From the NCBI GenBank assembly GCA_043807225.1, contig JAZDGG010000060.1, forward strand, positions 1-39,865: a DNA stretch of 39,865 nucleotides, in the 5' to 3' direction. How positions within the stretch are numbered: the first letter of the stretch is position 1; each line of letters starts with the position of its first letter. A program made the translations under genes and the position numbers. The notes beneath the pieces were generated by a model that was not told the origin of the DNA, made no database searches, and saw nothing but the letters and a program-made list of their open reading frames with translations. This document shows, piece by piece, positions 35,118-39,865 of the stretch. The stretch is from a bacterium (GTDB lineage: Bacteria; Patescibacteriota; Patescibacteriia; CAZCGY01).

Positions 35118-36892
35118 TGGGTAGAACGGCGAAAGGAAGATAAAAGCTTCTGTTTCAATTTATCATAAATGGATCCGACGGTTGTTGGTTTTTTATAAAA
35201 ATCAATCTGTATTTCCTGAAGAAGAATCCTTCGATGATTCTCCGAGAGTCTTGGAAGGTTCACTAAAAATTGTACCGTATTGTTTTCATCAAAGGGAAGT
35301 TTTGAGTTTTGAAATGACGTCGTCGCTTTCAGCCATACCCCATCCTGAGCCGCCTGCGGATAATCCGCGATAATATAGTGATATCGATCGAGTGGCGTTG
35401 TTGGGGTGATTGTTTCTATCTTCGGTGTGGGGGTAAAGAGTTGATCCTTTGAAAATGCAAAATATCCGTCCGTGGTGAGCTGAACATCGTTCTTTGGAGA
35501 AACGACTGTGGTAATCCCGGAAAGTCCGTCGATAACTTTTTCCTCCTGGACGTCATCGAGCGTCATCGTGGTTTTCCCGACTTCCACTGTTTGTAATCCG
35601 TTTTCGTGCGCTGTTCGTGCTCTGAGATAACTGCCATCAACAAAAAAACTTGTCGGCTGATTTTTCTGCAAACCGAGGATTTCTTTATATTCAGGATTAT
35701 CCGTAAGATACAGACTTTTATAAAACACGATCAGATGCTGTTGCGTCACAATCTTCTTAATGAACACATCATCCTCGGTGTGAATCTTGAGATAATAGGC
35801 TCCTTCGGGCAACTCCGATTTTCTTACATTGATTTCCCGTTCCTCCGATGGTCTCCCCGTCGCCTTCTCTTCGCCGTATCCATCAATATGCTCAGCAAAT
35901 ATCTGCTTCGTCGTATCCCAGACCTCGATAGAAACTGCGTCCTTCCCAGCATGACGGTTGATATCCTGTATCGTAAAGGTAAAGGACATTGGTTCGTTTT
36001 CGCCAATATACGTCACGATTTCATGACTTCCTCGAAGTGGATATTCAAGCGTTGTTGTTTCGCTCGACGCCTGATATTCGGGTAAGCGATATAGTTTCCC
36101 AAGATCATACTCGTATTGAAGAACTGTCTTCGGATCTGGTAAACTTTTCAAGAAATCGCCAACGCTAGCGAAGGGAACCGACACATTCGAAAGATACTCC
36201 TGGGGCAACCGAATATTCTTTATGGAATCCTGAAACTCCTGGTTCGATCGTTTTCGTCGAGTATTCGCCTCTTGACTCGAAATACTTTTCTTTTTTTCTT
36301 GCTTCTGGATCTCTTTCATCCGCGCGTCATGTTCCTGTTGCAGGCGAGTATGTTCTTTTTCGTAAAACGCGTCGTAAAGTTCTTTGAGATGATCATCTTT
36401 CTGCCATACGGTAAGATTGCTATCCATTTTGCGCACCCAATACTCAGGAAGATTTTCAAGAAACGACTCATTCATGGCCACGTTTTTCAGATAGGGACCG
36501 TCCGCCTGGAGTGACCCGATTTTCATCACTGGTTGATTATCGGGATTCAGATATCGAATCGAGACATCCGCACGAGAAAAAGGACGTGGGAGAGTCACCG
36601 AAAAATATACCGGATCAACGGTAAGGTATTGAAACTGAGTTCTCGTCTGTCCATCAGCAAGTTGGCCGAGTAGTGGATACGGCTCCTTTGACGCAACATT
36701 GGAGAAGTACGGCGACGCGCTCCCAGGATGGTACCGCACCGTGAGGTGACCAAACGGGAGAAAGTATTGATTCAGGAGCCACACGAGCAACAGAACTGGC
36801 ATTGCCCAAAGCACGATGCGAATGCCGACCTTCGCTCCCTTCGAAATCGCCTCAGAGGAGCCCTTTAGAGTATGGGGAGATGTGATGTTCAT
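35114..36892 (-). CDS. Membrane-anchored extracytoplasmic hypothetical protein
   Basis: 592-aa ORF; N-terminal TM, beta-rich body, and a charged coiled-coil insert (EKEHTRLQQEHDARMKEIQKQEKK). Confidence 0.85.
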   Translation of the reverse strand: MNITSPHTLKGSSEAISKGAKVGIRIVLWAMPVLLLVWLLNQYFLPFGHLTVRYHPGSASPYFSNVASKEPYPLLGQLADGQTRTQFQYLTVDPVYFSVTLPRPFSRADVSIRYLNPDNQPVMKIGSLQADGPYLKNVAMNESFLENLPEYWVRKMDSNLTVWQKDDHLKELYDAFYEKEHTRLQQEHDARMKEIQKQEKKKSISSQEANTRRKRSNQEFQDSIKNIRLPQEYLSNVSVPFASVGDFLKSLPDPKTVLQYEYDLGKLYRLPEYQASSETTTLEYPLRGSHEIVTYIGENEPMSFTFTIQDINRHAGKDAVSIEVWDTTKQIFAEHIDGYGEEKATGRPSEEREINVRKSELPEGAYYLKIHTEDDVFIKKIVTQQHLIVFYKSLYLTDNPEYKEILGLQKNQPTSFFVDGSYLRARTAHENGLQTVEVGKTTMTLDDVQEEKVIDGLSGITTVVSPKNDVQLTTDGYFAFSKDQLFTPTPKIETITPTTPLDRYHYIIADYPQAAQDGVWLKATTSFQNSKLPFDENNTVQFLVNLPRLSENHRRILLQEIQIDFYKKPTTVGSIYDKLKQKLLSSFRRSTQ

Positions 36893-38535
36893 AACTGGAC
36901 CCTATAGAGCACGCCGGATTCATACGCCGCAAAACGCGAAAGAGACGCACTGGCTCGCAAAAATATCATGCGATTCCATGATACCACATCGCTCGAATCA
37001 CCCTGTTCCTCAAAATAGTACACTGGGATATCCAGAAAGGAGTTCTTGAGAGCAGAATAGGATGTCGAGGGATATTCAGGAAGCGCAACAAGAACATTGC
37101 GCTTTGGGAAAAAAAGTTTATCCGCATACCCGCTCACAATCAAGGCATTCGGTTCAACGTGCTTGAGCAGTGTAGACTGCGCAACGACGCTTGTTTCAAG
37201 ATTCTGCTTGATACGAATGAGGCCATGAAGTGGGTCTTTGTAGACTAATTGCATCGTGGTCACCACAACGACCACTGAGAGGAATATCGTGAGTGCGCGC
37301 TTCAGCAGCAACCCGGGGAGCAACTGGAGTATTTGGATGATTCCGTACGAAACAAAGGGGACGCCGAAGAGAAGAACTGGTAACCAGTAACGAAGATACG
37401 ACGACGCAAGAATAACTTTTTCTGCTTTGGCGTATTCATGCAATTCCCAAGACCCGTAATAGAGGATCAGGTAGGCCGTTACTACACCGGAGAGCACCCC
37501 GAAAAAAATCGTACGCCGCCTTACTCTCCGCTTCCATGCGCCAGAGATTGCCACCCCGAGCCCAGCGCACCCCAAGATAAAGAAAAATGGCAAGAGCGTC
37601 GCCGAATACCGAATAAAATTCCAAAATGCTTGAGCGAGATGAAATCCGAATGGAAAAAAGGCTCGCGAAAACGCGGTCAGAGTGTTTGTCGCAACCTCGG
37701 CGCCATCCCCCGACGACGTGGCCGCGGGAATATATGCAGACGAGAAAGGCCCGCCATATATTATGTTATTACTGATCATGAGCGCAGAAATCGCAAGAGC
37801 GCCCACAAGACAAAAACTGACGAGACTCCGGACTGAGTACTGATGACGAAAGGCAAGAAAGACTGCAACAAGAATCGCAATGACCCAAGGGGCTTCTGAG
37901 GTACGGACCCACAGTGCAAGTGAGAGAAAAAGTGACGCAAGCACTGAAATCCATACTGAGTTCCTTCTTATCATTTGGAGCATCAAATAAAATCCGAACA
38001 CAAGTAGCGATACAAACAGGCTATTGTGATACATGGGTCGGCTTGCGTAATACCAAAAAGCAGGGAGCAGTGGAACGAGTATCGCTGAAAAATATGCACC
38101 CCTCTCCCCAATGATCTCGCGCATGAGAAAATAATACACAACAATCGAAAGAGCCGCGGCAAGGGGCGTCACGCTGATCATCCCGACAGTACCAAACGCT
38201 CGTCCAACAATCCCGATGAGAATTGGAAAACCAATAAAACTCCCTGGGACCATATTCCCATCCACAACCGTGGTGCTCCTCGGATGAATCAGCGGAGCGC
38301 TCTCCTGACCAACCGTGGTGGGGGCACGAAGCGATTGACCGTTCGCGACTCGCTGTGCGAAAAAGAAGTTCGCTGTTTCGTCAGGGGAATTGAACAGCGT
38401 CGGCATGCGTAGCGACGACCAAAGATACACGCCAAGCAAGAGTGCGCTCAGGCAGACAATCACTGCAACGTGCCGACTTGACTGCCTTCTCAAGCGTTGT
38501 ACTATCCATTTCCTCATATATACCCACCTCTTCAT
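36889..38535 (-). CDS. Polytopic membrane protein, probable GT-C glycosyltransferase
   Basis: FNSPDETAN (DE motif after TM1), HPRS, PGSF.G.P, VRTSE, SYLRYWLP; more than 10 TM. Alternative start at 38517. Confidence 0.7.
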   Translation of the reverse strand: MKRWVYMRKWIVQRLRRQSSRHVAVIVCLSALLLGVYLWSSLRMPTLFNSPDETANFFFAQRVANGQSLRAPTTVGQESAPLIHPRSTTVVDGNMVPGSFIGFPILIGIVGRAFGTVGMISVTPLAAALSIVVYYFLMREIIGERGAYFSAILVPLLPAFWYYASRPMYHNSLFVSLLVFGFYLMLQMIRRNSVWISVLASLFLSLALWVRTSEAPWVIAILVAVFLAFRHQYSVRSLVSFCLVGALAISALMISNNIIYGGPFSSAYIPAATSSGDGAEVATNTLTAFSRAFFPFGFHLAQAFWNFIRYSATLLPFFFILGCAGLGVAISGAWKRRVRRRTIFFGVLSGVVTAYLILYYGSWELHEYAKAEKVILASSYLRYWLPVLLFGVPFVSYGIIQILQLLPGLLLKRALTIFLSVVVVVTTMQLVYKDPLHGLIRIKQNLETSVVAQSTLLKHVEPNALIVSGYADKLFFPKRNVLVALPEYPSTSYSALKNSFLDIPVYYFEEQGDSSDVVSWNRMIFLRASASLSRFAAYESGVLYRVQL

Positions 38536-38539
38536 TATC

Positions 38540-38567
38540 TTGTCTTTTGCTCACCTTATGATATAAT
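38540..38567 (+). promoter_or_regulatory. Promoter, TTGTCT-N16-TATAAT with extended TG
   Basis: TGaTATAAT at 38559-38567 in the divergent gap. Confidence 0.55.
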
Positions 38568-38615
38568 ACTCGGCATCTTTCCACAAAAGATCATTGTTGC
38601 CATCAACAAGACCGA

Positions 38616-39056
38616 ATGAGAACACCGAGTGACACTCCACGCGGACGGTTAGGACCAAGGTACCACCAACAAACGCTCCTCCACCTCTTCGTGATCGGTG
38701 TTGTTTTTTTGCCACTTCTTTTTTGGCAAACGCCGCTTCACGCCGGACAAATTGCATTTGGCACCTGGATTGTCGCGTTCCTTCCTGGTTATCTCTTTAC
38801 CTTTCTCCTCTGGGATCGCGATGGACAGCCCATAGCGATACGTTGTTCTCTCTCGGTCATTCTTTCGCTGCCCCTTCTCGCACTCCCAATTCTTCTCCTG
38901 AGCAAGACTGCACTATTTTTTTATTCCTCGTCCATGTTCGTCACCATTCTTTTCGTGAATCTTGTGCTCCTGGTTTTGGTCATCATGAAGAATCGACAGA
39001 GACACCAATCAACACAATCAGCCGCATCACGTCTTTCACCGCCAACATCTTCATGA
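38616..39056 (+). CDS. Small membrane protein (LPGY motif)
   Basis: About 4 TM; VAFLPGYLFT...IAIRCSLSVILS. Stop overlaps the next ATG. Confidence 0.7.
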   Translation: MRTPSDTPRGRLGPRYHQQTLLHLFVIGVVFLPLLFWQTPLHAGQIAFGTWIVAFLPGYLFTFLLWDRDGQPIAIRCSLSVILSLPLLALPILLLSKTALFFYSSSMFVTILFVNLVLLVLVIMKNRQRHQSTQSAASRLSPPTSS

Positions 39057-39865
39057 CGCAACAGAACATGGGTGCGCTGACAATACAGTTCCTTGACGAA
39101 TGGGAAGGCGCCCACGGATTTGTACAACGGACAATGCCGACTCCAACCCTTGATGAGAAGGAACGCGCTGATGACGCTTCTGCTGTCATTGTCAAACTTC
39201 GTTATGCTGGCGTATGTGGCACCGATCGCGGCATCTGGTTCCGAAACGTCTTTGGTGATGCTATCAAGAAATCTCTTGAAGAAGAACGGGTGTCCGTGCG
39301 AATTATCGGACATGAGCTGTTCGGCGAAATCGTTGACGCGGGGTCGGCGGCGCTCCGCGATGGTTGGATTGTTGGTGACACGGTTACAGCCGAATCGCAT
39401 ATCACGTGCGGCACATGCTACCAATGCCTTCGAAAAGAGTTCCACGTCTGCACGCAAGAAAAAATACTCGGTATCTCGTATCAAGGTTGTTTTGCAGAAT
39501 ATATAAAACTGCCCGCAAAGGTCCTTTGGAAGACGGATCTTTCTCGGATTCGAACTGAGCTCGCGTGCCTGCAGGAACCATTTGGGAATGGAGTGCATGC
39601 GGTGACGTCCGTTGGCGTGCAAGAAAAAAACATTGCCGTCTTGGGGTGCGGCCCTGTCGGATTATATGTCATTCTTGTTGCGCGCGCACTTGGCGCAAAG
39701 CAGATTATTGCCGTTGACCCTCTTGAATCACAAAGAAAGCTCGCCCTGTTGTACGGCGCGTCGGTTGCCCTCTCCCCAGCCTCCGACAAGACGGATTCGT
39801 TTGACGAAGAACTCCAACGCCGGATAGTCGAAAACACGGATTCCGTTGGGGCAGATTGCATCTTT
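39053..39865 (+). CDS. Zn-dependent medium-chain dehydrogenase, threonine 3-dehydrogenase-like; partial, absent from the ORF track
   Basis: Manual translation: AGVCGTD, IIGHELFGEIV, AESHITCGTCYQC...HVC, GCFAEY, QEPFGNGVHA, GCGPVG. Open to the window end. Confidence 0.9.
   Translation, partial: MTQQNMGALTIQFLDEWEGAHGFVQRTMPTPTLDEKERADDASAVIVKLRYAGVCGTDRGIWFRNVFGDAIKKSLEEERVSVRIIGHELFGEIVDAGSAALRDGWIVGDTVTAESHITCGTCYQCLRKEFHVCTQEKILGISYQGCFAEYIKLPAKVLWKTDLSRIRTELACLQEPFGNGVHAVTSVGVQEKNIAVLGCGPVGLYVILVARALGAKQIIAVDPLESQRKLALLYGASVALSPASDKTDSFDEELQRRIVENTDSVGADCIF

Noticed and set aside
38921-39622. 233-aa minus-strand ORF
   Set aside because: Antisense to the Zn-dehydrogenase, which has clear motifs on the plus strand.
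1-39865. Alternative genetic code 25 (TGA=Gly), CRISPR arrays, tRNA/rRNA, IS elements or integrases
   Set aside because: Conserved genes are full length under code 11 and many end in TGA. No repeat-spacer array, RNA gene or transposase was seen by eye; tRNAscan and cmscan were not run.

Overview
A gene-dense chromosomal window using standard genetic code 11. The gene families and their order point to a Patescibacteria (CPR), Parcubacteria-type genome; this is inference, not a database result. The left half (minus strand) carries a conserved membrane-anchored hypothetical protein, a sigma70-region-4/HARE-HTH protein, secF, secD, an FG-GAP-repeat L,D-transpeptidase, a DUF5674 two-gene cassette, secA, hpf and a reduced dcw cluster (mraY-murD-ftsW-murG-murC-murB). 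The middle holds a GT-C glycosyltransferase, a type IV pilus operon (pilB-pilC-pilM-pilN-pilO plus a short PilP-like gene), rpmA, rplI, an S41 protease, murA and a PEGA/propeller protein. The right end holds a UDP-sugar dehydrogenase pseudogene, a four-gene UbiA(DPPR synthase)-DUF362-flippase-PHP operon, an AT-richer block with a second GT-C, and a Zn-dependent dehydrogenase cut by the window edge. I saw no rRNA, tRNA, CRISPR array or mobile element. The two best leads are (1) a circularly permuted parvulin PPIase inserted into the SecD P1 domain and (2) a candidate lipid-linked pentose donor pathway with no DprE1/DprE2 in the window, located near two GT-C enzymes and the pilus operon.
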